From Elusimicrobiota bacterium (GTDB lineage Bacteria; Elusimicrobiota; Elusimicrobia; UBA1565; UBA9628), in NCBI GenBank assembly GCA_016207665.1, contig JACQPG010000055.1:35184-99183 (forward strand): a DNA stretch of 64,000 nt, given 5' to 3'. A program made the position numbers and the translations under genes. Each line of letters begins with the position of its first letter. Position 1 is the first letter of the stretch. Below are positions 55,592-64,000 of the stretch, piece after piece. The notes beneath the pieces were generated by a model. The model made no database searches, was not told the origin of the DNA, and worked only from the letters and a program-made list of their open reading frames with translations.

Positions 55592-56950
55592 GCCGCGCGC
55601 CGTCCGAGGCATGAGTGAGATCACGGCCGCTGACATCGCCTTGACCCCGGCCGACCAGGTCGGCTTGAAATCCGGCGCGAAACGCGACGAGTGCGCGGGC
55701 GGCACCGGCGCATTGAGGTGCGGCTGCGCCCCGATCCAGAATATCAACGCCGGCATATTGCCTTCCCGGCCGTAATAGGTAAAGTCCTCGGATTGCATCA
55801 CGGGCGGGACCTCTGACACGTGAGAAGGTCCAAGCGCCTCTTGGAATACCGGCGCGAGCCTGAGCGCCAAAGCCGGATCATTATAGACCGAAGGCGTTCC
55901 CTGGATGAACTCGATTTGAGGGCTGGGAGCCCGGTTGATCGCCGCCACTCCCTCCACCGCCTCCTTGACCCGCTCCTTGAGATAGTCCCTGACCTTGTCG
56001 TCATAGCTGCGTATGGTCCCTTCCAGGCGCACCGAATCGGGGATGATATTGTGCTTATTGCCGCCTTGGACCCGGCCCAGGCTGATCACAGCCGGCTGCT
56101 GGGGATCGATCTCCCGCCCCCGTATCGCCTGCAGCTTATGGATCAGCTCAGCCATCATCATGAAGGGATCGATGGTCAGATCCGGACGCGCCCCATGCCC
56201 GCCTCGCCCAACAAGCGTGATGTTGAAATTGTCCATGGCCGAATAGGCATAGCCGGGGCGATAGCCGAGCTGGCCGGCAAGCAGGCTCGAAACATGCATG
56301 GCCAAGGCGAAATCCGGTTTAGGGAATCGCACGAAAAGGCCGTCTCGTATCATCTCCATGGCGCCGATCCCGCTTTCCTCAGCGGGCTGGGACACCATGA
56401 CCAAGGTCCCTTGCCATGAATCCTGAAGCTGGCTCAAGACATAGGCCGCGCCCAATTGCACGCTCATATGCACGTCATGCCCGCAGGCATGCATGACGCC
56501 CGGCACCTGGCTCTGATAGGGCAGTTTAGTCTCTTCTTGAATAGGCAGCGCGTCCATATCCGCCCTGACTAAGACCGTGGGACCCTCGCCGTTCTTGAGC
56601 ACGGACACGACGCCATATCCCCCCACCCTCTCCGTGACCGCGAAATTCAAGGCCACCAGCTCCGCGGCCATGCGGCTCGAGGTCCGCTTCTCCTCCTTCG
56701 ACAATTCGGGAAATCGATGGAAATCCTCATAGATAGGCCGCACATGCGCGTATCGGCCCTCGACCAGACGGTCGATGCGCTGCTTCAAGCTCTGCGGTGC
56801 GGGAGAAGCGGAAAATTCCGCGCGAAAGGAAGCGGCCCGCTCCAGGCCGGCCCGGCCATCCACCGCCAAGCTCTCGAAGCCGCCGGAGCTGACCGCGCTG
56901 CCCCACAACCCGGCCGCCACGCACAATCCCCAGATCGCTAGTCTCTTCAT
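55586..56950 (-). CDS. M20D-family amidohydrolase (aminoacylase/hippurate hydrolase-like) with signal peptide
   Basis: HACGHD metal motif, overall M20D layout. Confidence 0.8.
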   Translation of the reverse strand: MKRLAIWGLCVAAGLWGSAVSSGGFESLAVDGRAGLERAASFRAEFSASPAPQSLKQRIDRLVEGRYAHVRPIYEDFHRFPELSKEEKRTSSRMAAELVALNFAVTERVGGYGVVSVLKNGEGPTVLVRADMDALPIQEETKLPYQSQVPGVMHACGHDVHMSVQLGAAYVLSQLQDSWQGTLVMVSQPAEESGIGAMEMIRDGLFVRFPKPDFALAMHVSSLLAGQLGYRPGYAYSAMDNFNITLVGRGGHGARPDLTIDPFMMMAELIHKLQAIRGREIDPQQPAVISLGRVQGGNKHNIIPDSVRLEGTIRSYDDKVRDYLKERVKEAVEGVAAINRAPSPQIEFIQGTPSVYNDPALALRLAPVFQEALGPSHVSEVPPVMQSEDFTYYGREGNMPALIFWIGAQPHLNAPVPPAHSSRFAPDFKPTWSAGVKAMSAAVISLMPRTARGS

Positions 56951-56969
56951 AGCCGTCCCTCTCTATCGA

Positions 56970-57572
56970 TCAAGACTCAACGCCCCATAATTCTTTAAGC
57001 CGCTTGTCCCGGCCGCAGCCCCGCCGATAGAACTTATAGCGGATCGGGTTTCTCTTGTAATAATCCTGGTGATATCCCTCCGCGGGATAGAACCGAGAGG
57101 CTGGAGTGATCTCCACCACGATGCGGCCGGGCGCTTTCAAGCGCCCTTGGGCTTGCTGTACCGAAGCCTCCGCCGCCTTCTTCTGCGCCTCATTGCGATA
57201 GAAGATGCCCGGCCTGTACTGGCGGCCCTTATCGCAGAATTGCCTGTCGTTGACCGTCGGATCCACATTGATCCAGAACACTTCCAGAAGCTTCTCGTAC
57301 GAGACCCGCGATGGATCGAAGCGTATCTCCACCGCCTCGGCATGTCCCGTGCCCCCAGCGGATACTTCTTCATAACTGGGATTGTCTTTCTCCCCTCCCG
57401 TATATCCCGCGGTGACCGATATTACCCCCTGGATTTTCTCGAAAGGGGGCTCCATGCACCAAAAACAGCCGCCCGCGAAAATCGCGCTGTCAAGCCCCTG
57501 CTCAACTCCCGCGGAAGCGGCATTGACCGCTAGAAACAGCAAAAGAAATATCGAACCAAGAGCCTTTCTCAT
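56970..57572 (-). CDS. msrA: Peptide methionine sulfoxide reductase A (signal-peptide form)
   Basis: Catalytic AIFAGGCFWCMEPPFE. Start set at internal ATG 57572 to avoid overlap with tRNA-Thr. Confidence 0.9.
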   Translation of the reverse strand: MRKALGSIFLLLFLAVNAASAGVEQGLDSAIFAGGCFWCMEPPFEKIQGVISVTAGYTGGEKDNPSYEEVSAGGTGHAEAVEIRFDPSRVSYEKLLEVFWINVDPTVNDRQFCDKGRQYRPGIFYRNEAQKKAAEASVQQAQGRLKAPGRIVVEITPASRFYPAEGYHQDYYKRNPIRYKFYRRGCGRDKRLKELWGVES

Positions 57573-57586
57573 AATTCCAATGAAAA

Positions 57587-57658
57587 AGCCCACGGCCAGG
57601 ATTGAACTGGCGACCTACCGCTTACAAGGCGGTTGCTCTACCACTGAGCTACGTGGGC
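57587..57658 (-). tRNA. tRNA-Thr, anticodon TGT
   Basis: GCCCACG TA GCTC AGTGGTA GAGC A ACCGC CTTGTAA GCGGT AGGTC GCCAG TTCAATC CTGGC CGTGGGC T. Textbook cloverleaf; CCA not encoded. Confidence 0.85.
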
Positions 57659-57969
57659 GATAGCTTTATTTTACAACAATAATTCTTAGGCCGACGAAAT
57701 CACAGTGATCGGAATTCTGATCGGTTATTGCCCAGTTTAGCTGGAAATGATGAAATTGGAAAATTCATTGCCCCCTGAAATGCAAAATAGTAATCGACTA
57801 TAATCCAAATCGAGATAAAAGAGAATATCAATGCCATGCTTGTGGATTAGGCTTTGATTACCGAAGAGAACTCCACTTTAGAAGCGGAGCTATCAGCAAA
57901 TATTTGATTTCGGGGGAGACTATCCAGGATATTTAACTTAAGATTAATTTTTGCCATTGAGAGGCGCCC

Positions 57970-58443
57970 GTGGCGCCGGTTAAAGACTTCCTCGCCGCGA
58001 TCGATGCCGGCTGGAGGCCGATAGGAGACGAACCAATTACTCTCCAGATAGTCGGCTCGACAGCGCTCATGCTTCAGGCCGATTATACCCGCGGAACCAA
58101 GGATAGCGACGTGCTTGAATCAAGCGGCGGCCCACTTCCCCTAAAAGAGCGATTACTGGCTCTAGCCGGGCGGGAAACAGACTTGCACAAACGGTTCCGG
58201 CTCTATATAGACGTGATAGACCGAGCGATTCTCTTTCTGCCGCAGCAGCCGGAATTCCGTCCGCTTCAGGGACTCGCTCTCAAGAATTTCAAGATCGAGG
58301 TCTTGGCAGTGAACGACGTCGTCCTGAGCAAGCTTAAACGATATAACCGGGATGACACAAATGACATCCGCACCATGGCCGCCAAGGGCCTCATTGACCA
58401 CAATTTGCTGATTGAGCCCCTGTCGCGACGGTTGTCGTTTTAG
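57970..58443 (+). CDS. Orphan minimal nucleotidyltransferase (MNT)-fold protein, probably horizontally acquired
   Basis: NTase signature GSTALMLQADYTRGTKDSDVL (GS-x-D.D). A/T-rich third codon positions (ATA, TTA, AAA, GAT), unlike neighbouring genes. Preceded by a ~310-bp AT-rich spacer and tRNA-Thr. Confidence 0.45.
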   Translation: MAPVKDFLAAIDAGWRPIGDEPITLQIVGSTALMLQADYTRGTKDSDVLESSGGPLPLKERLLALAGRETDLHKRFRLYIDVIDRAILFLPQQPEFRPLQGLALKNFKIEVLAVNDVVLSKLKRYNRDDTNDIRTMAAKGLIDHNLLIEPLSRRLSF

Positions 58444-59365
58444 AAGCGGTAGGAGAGCGAGACTCGATGGGCCTGGCCGATCGAGCCGAAGGGAAGGAAG
58501 CCGTAATCGACGGAAAGCTTGGATAAAGCCAGTCCCACTCCGAAGGACACGCCCGTGAATCCGTCCACGTCGCCGATGGTGCGGGAGTTGAAACCGACAC
58601 GGCCGGCCAAGGCCAGCTCGTCGCGAATGGGAAGGAGGTATTCGCTGCCCACGGCCACGAACGGGTCGTTGTCCCGCGGCAGGCCCAGGTCCAGGCTGGC
58701 GATCCAGCGCTCGATCAAACGATAGCTGCCGCCCAGCTTGATCAAGAGCGGCAGATCCTCCTTCTCCTGGTCGAATTTGATCTGACCGCCCAGGTTGGAG
58801 ACGGCGAGGCCCACGCGCAGCCTTTCACCAAGATAACCGGGGGAAAGCGCGCCCAAGTCGACCGCGCCGGTCTGCGCGGAGTCCAAAATAGTGGAGCGGA
58901 TGAACTTCGCTCCCAGGCCGAAAGAGAAATCGCGCCAGGAACGGGCGTAGCCCCAGGTCAGCGCCAGATCATGCGGGGTGAAGTCGCCCACATCCGTTCC
59001 CGTGGCGTCCGTCTCCATGATCTTGCCGGCGGAGAAATACTGGAAGCTCGCGCCGAACACCCCTTTGTCGCCCAGATTATGGGCGTAGGCGCCATAATCG
59101 AAGAAGCTCGAGTCCAGATAGGCTGCGTGCATGAAGGTCGCGGAGCGCCGCTCGACGCGGGTCAAGGCGGCGGGATTCCAATAGAGCGCGCTCGCGTCGT
59201 CGGCGACCGCGGTATAGGCCTCGCCCATGGACACGGCCCGGGCGCCGACGCCCAGCTTCAAGAATGAGGCCGCCGTGCTCCCTTTTGCTCGGCCGCGCTG
59301 AAACTGCGGCTCCAGGCCGCCGGGGCCGCAACAAGCAAGGCCGCCAAGAGCGCTGACGATCTCAT
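58440..59365 (-). pseudogene. PorV/FadL-like outer-membrane barrel, paralog 2, interrupted by a 1-nt frameshift just after the signal peptide
   Basis: Signal peptide MRSSALLAALLVAAPAAWS reads in one frame (ATG 59365). The conserved mature part (...KGSTAASFLKLGVGARAVSMGEAYTAVADDASALYWNPAAL ... AHRVSLSYRF) reads in the -1 frame. They join at the homopolymer run around 59280-59287 (cccttttg on the plus strand). Confidence 0.6.
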
Positions 59366-59371
59366 CGCTGT

Positions 59372-59496
59372 ATAGCCACCTTGATGGTTTCCTTGTCGCC
59401 GGCGCCCTGGACCAGGACGTAATAGACGCCGCTGGCCGCCTTCTGGCCCATTTGATTCTTGCCGTCCCAACCGGCCATGTGCCCGAGCCCGACAAC
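59372..59496 (-). pseudogene. Remnant of a type-A T9SS C-terminal sorting domain (last ~40 codons of a lost cargo gene)
   Basis: Minus-strand frame reads (stop) VVGLGHMAGWDGKNQMGQKAASGVYYVLVQGAGDKETIKVAIQR (stop). The WDG...G...ASGVYY..L...G...K.I...I tail matches the Por secretion tail. It ends 6 nt before the PorV-like signal-peptide ATG. No CTD-like continuation upstream in any frame. Confidence 0.6.
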
Positions 59497-59723
59497 TCAG
59501 ATCAGGGAAGGTTCCGAACCGATATCTGGGACTTTGTCCCGAATGGAGGACCAGAACCTCAGTTCGGAGCATATCATTGGTGAAACCAGGCAGGCAGGAT
59601 ACCACTTTTTTAAGGAAAACATCGCCATCGATTCACCCTCTTGTGCGGGGATCCGAAGGACGGCCAGATCGAAGCCCTCGCCGCTCCCTTGACAGCGGCG
59701 CCAACGCGCTTTAAACTTGGGCC

Positions 59724-60317
59724 ATGAACAAAAAGGCTTTCGCGGCGTTGGCGTCTTTGTCGTTGTTGTCGGCCGTATCCGCCTACTCCAATGGCGGCCA
59801 TGTGGGCGAGGCGGACAAGATCCAGGCGCAAGTGAGCTTCCTCAACCCCACGGGCCAGACCACCACGGACGGCTCAGGCATCACCTATCGCGTCCCGGCT
59901 TGGGGCTGGCAGTCGCATGAAGCCAAGGTCTATCCTTCGAGCTATTGGGGCACTTTCCCCATGTATTTCACCGGGGAGACCATGAACTTCAGCGTGACCC
60001 TCGCCAACACCGCCTCCAACGGCAACAAGCCCTTCAAGATCAGGGTCCGGGCGCTCAACAACGTGCTCGAGACCAGCGGAGCGGCGGGCATGGCGATCGG
60101 CCCGGCCCAAGAATGGATCGTCGATTCGCTCAGGCCCGGGGAATCGCGGACGGTGAACGGCTCGGTCTATATCGCGCCCCATCCGTCGATGCCGTCGGGC
60201 CTGGATCTGACGCGGGTGCAGATACTGCACCTCAACGAGGGCAATCAGGACGCAGGCTTGATCAAGGAAGTGATCGCCGTCTGGTGCCCGCCGAGCGTGA
60301 GGCCGCCCGGCCGCTGA
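59724..60317 (+). CDS. Small secreted hypothetical protein
   Basis: Signal peptide MNKKAFAALASLSLLSAVSAYS; beta-rich composition; no known motif. Confidence 0.5.
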   Translation: MNKKAFAALASLSLLSAVSAYSNGGHVGEADKIQAQVSFLNPTGQTTTDGSGITYRVPAWGWQSHEAKVYPSSYWGTFPMYFTGETMNFSVTLANTASNGNKPFKIRVRALNNVLETSGAAGMAIGPAQEWIVDSLRPGESRTVNGSVYIAPHPSMPSGLDLTRVQILHLNEGNQDAGLIKEVIAVWCPPSVRPPGR

Positions 60318-60737
60318 GCCTGCGGCTATATCCTTTTTCCAGAGGGCCCGCTCGCCTTTCTTGATCTCATCCCAATTGGCGAGCACCTCGTCGGCGTCGC
60401 GATAGCGCCGATTCCGGCCGAACACGTGTGGGTGGCGCCGCTTGAGCTTGAAATACTGCGAGCGCGCGACATCGTAGATCGTGAAACGGCCCTTCTCGGA
60501 CTCGATCTGGGCATGGAGAAGCACCTGTAGCAGCAGATCTCCCAGCTCATCCTCGATCTCCTCCCAGCGGCCTCGCTTGAGCGCCTTTTCGACTTCGGCG
60601 GTCTCCTCCCGCAAATAGCTCAAGAGGCTTCGGTGGGTCTGTTTCCTATCCCACGGGCAGCCTCGCGGCGATCTCAAGCGCGCCACCAAAGCGATGAGCC
60701 GGCCGAGGCTCTTGGAGCTTGCCGATGATCGGGGCAT
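59874..60737 (-). CDS. mazG: MazG-like nucleoside triphosphate pyrophosphohydrolase; 3' end uncertain
   Basis: Core LGRLIALVARLRSPRGCPWDRKQTHRSLLSYLREETAEVEKAL...EIEDELGDLLLQVLLHAQIESEKGRFTIYDVARSQYFKLKRRHPHVFG matches the MazG EExxE/D motifs. The frame then runs ~150 aa further without a stop, across the opposite-strand secreted-protein gene. Confidence 0.55.
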   Translation of the reverse strand: MPRSSASSKSLGRLIALVARLRSPRGCPWDRKQTHRSLLSYLREETAEVEKALKRGRWEEIEDELGDLLLQVLLHAQIESEKGRFTIYDVARSQYFKLKRRHPHVFGRNRRYRDADEVLANWDEIKKGERALWKKDIAAGSAAGRPHARRAPDGDHFLDQACVLIALVEVQYLHPRQIQARRHRRMGRDIDRAVHRPRFPGPERIDDPFLGRADRHARRSAGLEHVVERPDPDLEGLVAVGGGVGEGHAEVHGLPGEIHGESAPIARRIDLGFMRLPAPSRDAIGDA

Positions 60738-60783
60738 GGGCGATGATTGTAGCTCTTGACACGACCCCTCCTCCAGGGTATAT

Positions 60784-61728
60784 ATGCGTGAATTCATAGG
60801 AGGACCCATGGGATTTGTCGTTCTAGCCCTGTTCTTGACCGCCGCGATCGTGATGATGTCCCGGTCTCAATGGCAGCTGGGAAACCGCGTGGATTTGGGC
60901 GCCTTGATCTCGCTCGCTCTGCGCTACGGCGTGGGCCTGATCCTGCTGGCCATGCTGATTTCGGTGACCGCCAACTCCCTGGTCGTGATAGCCGCCGGGC
61001 ATCGCGGCATCGTGTTCAACAGGCTCAGCGGAATACGGCAAAAGTCCTTGGGAGAGGGCTTCAATTTCGTGATGCCGCTCATCGAGCAGGTCTATCAGAT
61101 GGAAGTCCGCGTGCAGAAGGACTCCTACGACGCCGAGGCCGCCTCCAAGGACTTGCAGATGGTCCATGCCAAGGTGGCTCTAAATTATCATCCGGATCCC
61201 GAAGCGGTGCCCCGAGTATTCCAGGAGGTGGGGACGCAGTACTCGGAAAGAGTCATCCAACCCGCCATCCAGGAAGCGGTCAAGGCCACCACGGCCCGCT
61301 TCACGGCCGAGGAGCTGGTGACCAAGCGCGAGGAAGTCAAGCGTCTCATCCGGGAGTTGGTCGACAAGCAGATCTCGCCCTTCAACATACGGGTCAATGA
61401 GCTCTATATCACCGACTTCGACTTCTCGCGCCAATACACCGAGGCCATCGAGGCTAAGCAGATCGCCGAGCAGCAGGCCCTCAAGGCCAAGCGCGACCTG
61501 GACAGGATCAGGATCGAGGCCGAGCAGAAGGTGGCCACGGCGCGCGCCGAGGCGGACTCGTTGAGGATGCAGAAAGAGGCGATCACGCCGCAACTAATCC
61601 AGCTCCGGCAAGTCGAGACTCAAAAGCTCGCCATAGAGAAGTGGAACGGCCAAATGCCCAGCGTGATCCTGGGCAGCGGCGCCACCCCCTTGCTCGACCT
61701 TAGCTCGCTGTCGCCGCGCTTCAAATGA
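60784..61728 (+). CDS. SPFH/band-7 (prohibitin/HflC-like) membrane protein
   Basis: N-terminal TM anchor, SPFH core and long coiled-coil C-terminus (AEQQALKAKRDLDRIRIEAEQKVATARAEADSL). Confidence 0.8.
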   Translation: MREFIGGPMGFVVLALFLTAAIVMMSRSQWQLGNRVDLGALISLALRYGVGLILLAMLISVTANSLVVIAAGHRGIVFNRLSGIRQKSLGEGFNFVMPLIEQVYQMEVRVQKDSYDAEAASKDLQMVHAKVALNYHPDPEAVPRVFQEVGTQYSERVIQPAIQEAVKATTARFTAEELVTKREEVKRLIRELVDKQISPFNIRVNELYITDFDFSRQYTEAIEAKQIAEQQALKAKRDLDRIRIEAEQKVATARAEADSLRMQKEAITPQLIQLRQVETQKLAIEKWNGQMPSVILGSGATPLLDLSSLSPRFK

Positions 61729-62345
61729 CGCGAAAAACTCTGGGGCGGTATCCCGCGACCAGGGTTTCGGCTCCGCCAGCTCCAGGTCAGACGCCGACTT
61801 TCTCCCGGCGATAGGCTTCCGTGGCGGGCGGCGGGCTGATAGGACGCAGAACCCGCGTCCCGGCCCCTGAACTCGGAGGCCGCCTCGCGCGCCGCGGATC
61901 CAACCGCCGAGCCCAAGGACTGGCCCAGCATGCCGGTCAACCCGCCGAACACCGCTCCGATGGCCGAGGTGAGGAAGAACCCCATGATGAGCACGGTGGC
62001 GCTCCACGATATGAGCCCGTGGATCACGCTGTCGCTGACCATGCCGATCCCGGTCAAGCGGCCCGCGAACCAGCCGCCTATGTAGAACGCGACCAACCCG
62101 GAGACCACGGCCCATGCCGCCGCTCCGATTCCTATGCCCATGGCAGCGCTTCCCGCTCCTTCTGCCGCCGGAGCGCTGACCAATCCTATGCCTGCGCCCA
62201 GCAAGCCCATGCAAAGCAGGACCGCCATGGTCATGACCGATCCCGCGAACACCGCCGACCAGGAAACCCTATGATGCATATTGATGTAGGGAACCGAACC
62301 CGACGGCTGATATATAAGCTCTTTGATCATCTCTCCCACCTCCAA
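61620..62345 (-). CDS. Hypothetical membrane protein with glycine-zipper TM segments
   Basis: Several GxxxG/AxxxG-rich hydrophobic helices. The C-terminal ~36 codons overlap the convergent SPFH gene and may not be translated as shown. Confidence 0.45.
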   Translation of the reverse strand: MEVGEMIKELIYQPSGSVPYINMHHRVSWSAVFAGSVMTMAVLLCMGLLGAGIGLVSAPAAEGAGSAAMGIGIGAAAWAVVSGLVAFYIGGWFAGRLTGIGMVSDSVIHGLISWSATVLIMGFFLTSAIGAVFGGLTGMLGQSLGSAVGSAAREAASEFRGRDAGSASYQPAARHGSLSPGESRRLTWSWRSRNPGRGIPPQSFSRHLKRGDSELRSSKGVAPLPRITLGIWPFHFSMASF

Positions 62346-62418
62346 GCTTATTGTAGGCCGAAAGCCTCCGTCGGAGAATCTCGCTCTTATGAAGCGCGGG
62401 TAATAACCTTTGGTCGGA

Positions 62419-63903
62419 CTAGGGCTCGATGGGGTCGCGCCGCGCGGCCTTGGGGGGCTCGCGAAGGTCAGAGGACCGGTCGCTCACGATCCCGTTTTTC
62501 TGGAGTATCTCTCGGTTGGCCTTCGTGGCCGCCTCTGCATCCAGGATGATACGCGCGGAGAACTCCGTGACCGGGTCGCCCGAGATGACGTGGAATCGGC
62601 CTTGGGGCTTTTGAAATGCCTCGATGACGTCCGCCATCCTGGTGATCGGCGCTCCGTTGATGGAGTCCACGAGCATGCTGCGATAATCATGGTAACCTTC
62701 GTTGACCTCATGAGGGAGCACGAAGGCCATGACCACCGGCTCTTGCTTGGAGGTCTTCCGCTCGTATTCCTGCATATAGCGGAAGCTGGTAGGCTGGTTC
62801 CTGGGATCCCAGAGATTGACGAAATTGCGCGAGAGTGGAGTGAAAACCAGCCCTCCGTAAATGAAATAGCTGGGCTTCTTGTCGTAGAAAGGCCCGTCGA
62901 CCAGGTCGATATAGGGGCGCAGGCTAATGGCCTGCTTCAAGGGCTTGCCTCCCCTCAAAACGTCCAAGGTGATGGACTCGCCGGTCTGACGTATCGCCAC
63001 CAGATGCGTGTAGTCGACCCGGTTCTCCACGTCGAGCTGATAGGTCCCGTCGCTATAGATGGCGTGGCCGTCGACCGCCATGATCACGTCTCCGGGCTGG
63101 AGAGCCCCCCACGCGGAGGATGCGGGAAACACCTTGTTGACCAGGACCCCGCCCTTGTCCTTAGGCACGCCGTAAAAGTCCCGGAGGGCGGGGCTTTCCA
63201 GCTTTTGGGTGGATATGCCAATGCTGGGGATGCGGTCATAGGAGCCGTCGGCCACGTCGCTGAAGAAGCGGCGGATGACGGCACTGGGGACCATGTAGCC
63301 GATATTGTCAGTCCCGGAGGCAGACTGGAAAGAGATGCCGACGATCCTGCCGTCCTTGACCACCGGTCCGCCGCTGTTGCCCGGATTGATGGCCGCGTCG
63401 GTCTGTATGGTGAGCAAATAATAGCCGGAATGACTATATCTAGTTACCTCGATGCGGGATACGGTCCCCTCGGTCACCGAGAGCTCGTCCCCTCCGGTGG
63501 GAAAACCGTAGGCCGCCACGCGGTCGCGCTGCTTGGGCAGACCCCCCAGGGGCAGCGGCTTGACGTTGCGGTGAAATTCCGGGTCGTCCACGCGAAGGAT
63601 GGCGAGCTCGCAGTCATGCGCCACGAACTCCACCCTGGCACGATACTTGCGCGCCTCTCCCGCCTTTCTGACCTGGAGATAGCTTTGGTCGCTGACCACG
63701 TGGGCATTGGTCAGTATGCGCCCCCCCTCGACCAGCACCCCGGAGCCCGTCATGCTCTCTTGATTGAGCATGGACCAAGGCTGATAATAATTGGGCCTCT
63801 GCACCACCGTGAATATCTTGACCACAGAGTGCCTCAGATCATCGGGAGCGGCTGAGGCCGGCAAACACGCCAACCCGAGCGCCAGAGCGGCTTTCACGAT
63901 CAT
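62419..63903 (-). CDS. Deg/HtrA-family trypsin-like serine protease with PDZ domain(s)
   Basis: Signal peptide, catalytic motifs TNAHVV, DCELAILRV, GNSGGPVV, C-terminal PDZ-like regions. 494 aa. Confidence 0.85.
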   Translation of the reverse strand: MIVKAALALGLACLPASAAPDDLRHSVVKIFTVVQRPNYYQPWSMLNQESMTGSGVLVEGGRILTNAHVVSDQSYLQVRKAGEARKYRARVEFVAHDCELAILRVDDPEFHRNVKPLPLGGLPKQRDRVAAYGFPTGGDELSVTEGTVSRIEVTRYSHSGYYLLTIQTDAAINPGNSGGPVVKDGRIVGISFQSASGTDNIGYMVPSAVIRRFFSDVADGSYDRIPSIGISTQKLESPALRDFYGVPKDKGGVLVNKVFPASSAWGALQPGDVIMAVDGHAIYSDGTYQLDVENRVDYTHLVAIRQTGESITLDVLRGGKPLKQAISLRPYIDLVDGPFYDKKPSYFIYGGLVFTPLSRNFVNLWDPRNQPTSFRYMQEYERKTSKQEPVVMAFVLPHEVNEGYHDYRSMLVDSINGAPITRMADVIEAFQKPQGRFHVISGDPVTEFSARIILDAEAATKANREILQKNGIVSDRSSDLREPPKAARRDPIEP

Positions 63904-64000
63904 GCCGACTAATTATATCCCGACTTGCAGGAATGTCAAGGCGGTGTCATAAACGCCAGGGCCGACGAATCGCCTCCGCGGCGGCCCCGACAAGGAGCCC

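Noticed and set aside
59366-59495. N-terminal 44 codons of the track ORF 58440..59495 (MSGSGTWPVGTARIKW...)
   Set aside because: This frame overlaps the CTD remnant and has no signal peptide. The real signal peptide (MRSSALL...) is in another frame, so the upstream part is treated as a spurious extension across a frameshift.
1-64000. CRISPR arrays, rRNA genes, transposases, integrases, restriction-modification or other recognisable defence systems
   Set aside because: No regularly spaced direct repeats and no ORF with the relevant motifs were found. The only mobile-element-like signatures are the tRNA-associated repeats and the AT-rich islet reported above.

Overview
GC-rich bacterial chromosomal segment with G/C-dominated third codon positions; many antisense 'shadow' ORFs in the six-frame track are ignored. 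Contents in order: (1) a gatCAB amidotransferase cluster broken up by a TPR gene and a NUDIX gene, next to a UvrD/PcrA-type helicase; (2) a ~1585-aa surface protein ending in a type-A T9SS (Por secretion tail) C-terminal domain (CTD), with a dedicated PorV/FadL-like outer-membrane beta-barrel gene 44 nt downstream; (3) a tRNA-Arg(GCG) flanked by a duplicated tRNA 3' end and an inverted T-arm copy; (4) rlmD-like and ychF; (5) a translationally coupled secreted subtilase-like (S8) plus thermolysin-like (HEGGH, M4-like) protease pair followed by a 533-aa PorV/FadL-like barrel with its own near-consensus promoter; (6) lptF/lptG, M20 peptidase, DUF885, HtrA; (7) a glycosylation-type cluster: SAM-MTase, GT-C (ArnT/PMT-like) glycosyltransferase and a CheY-like receiver joined by ATGA overlaps, a second large GT-C, split GDP-mannose pyrophosphorylase/cupin, phosphomannomutase, second NDP-sugar pyrophosphorylase; (8) metK, scoAB, ECF sigma/anti-sigma, PAS histidine kinase; (9) housekeeping and hypothetical genes (nitrilase-family, thioesterase, csp, patatin, rmuC, SRPBCC, mlaC, ppiC, M20D, msrA); (10) tRNA-Thr(TGT) followed by an AT-rich ~310-bp spacer and a low-GC orphan minimal-nucleotidyltransferase gene; (11) a decayed second copy of the cargo/PorV arrangement, namely a ~40-codon T9SS CTD remnant upstream of a frameshifted PorV-like gene; (12) secreted small protein, MazG, SPFH, and a second Deg/HtrA protease. 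The most interesting observation is the repeated pairing of secreted cargo (CTD adhesin; protease operon) with dedicated PorV-like outer-membrane barrels, with no other T9SS core genes in the window, and one such pair caught in a state of decay. No CRISPR array, rRNA, transposase or integrase was seen.
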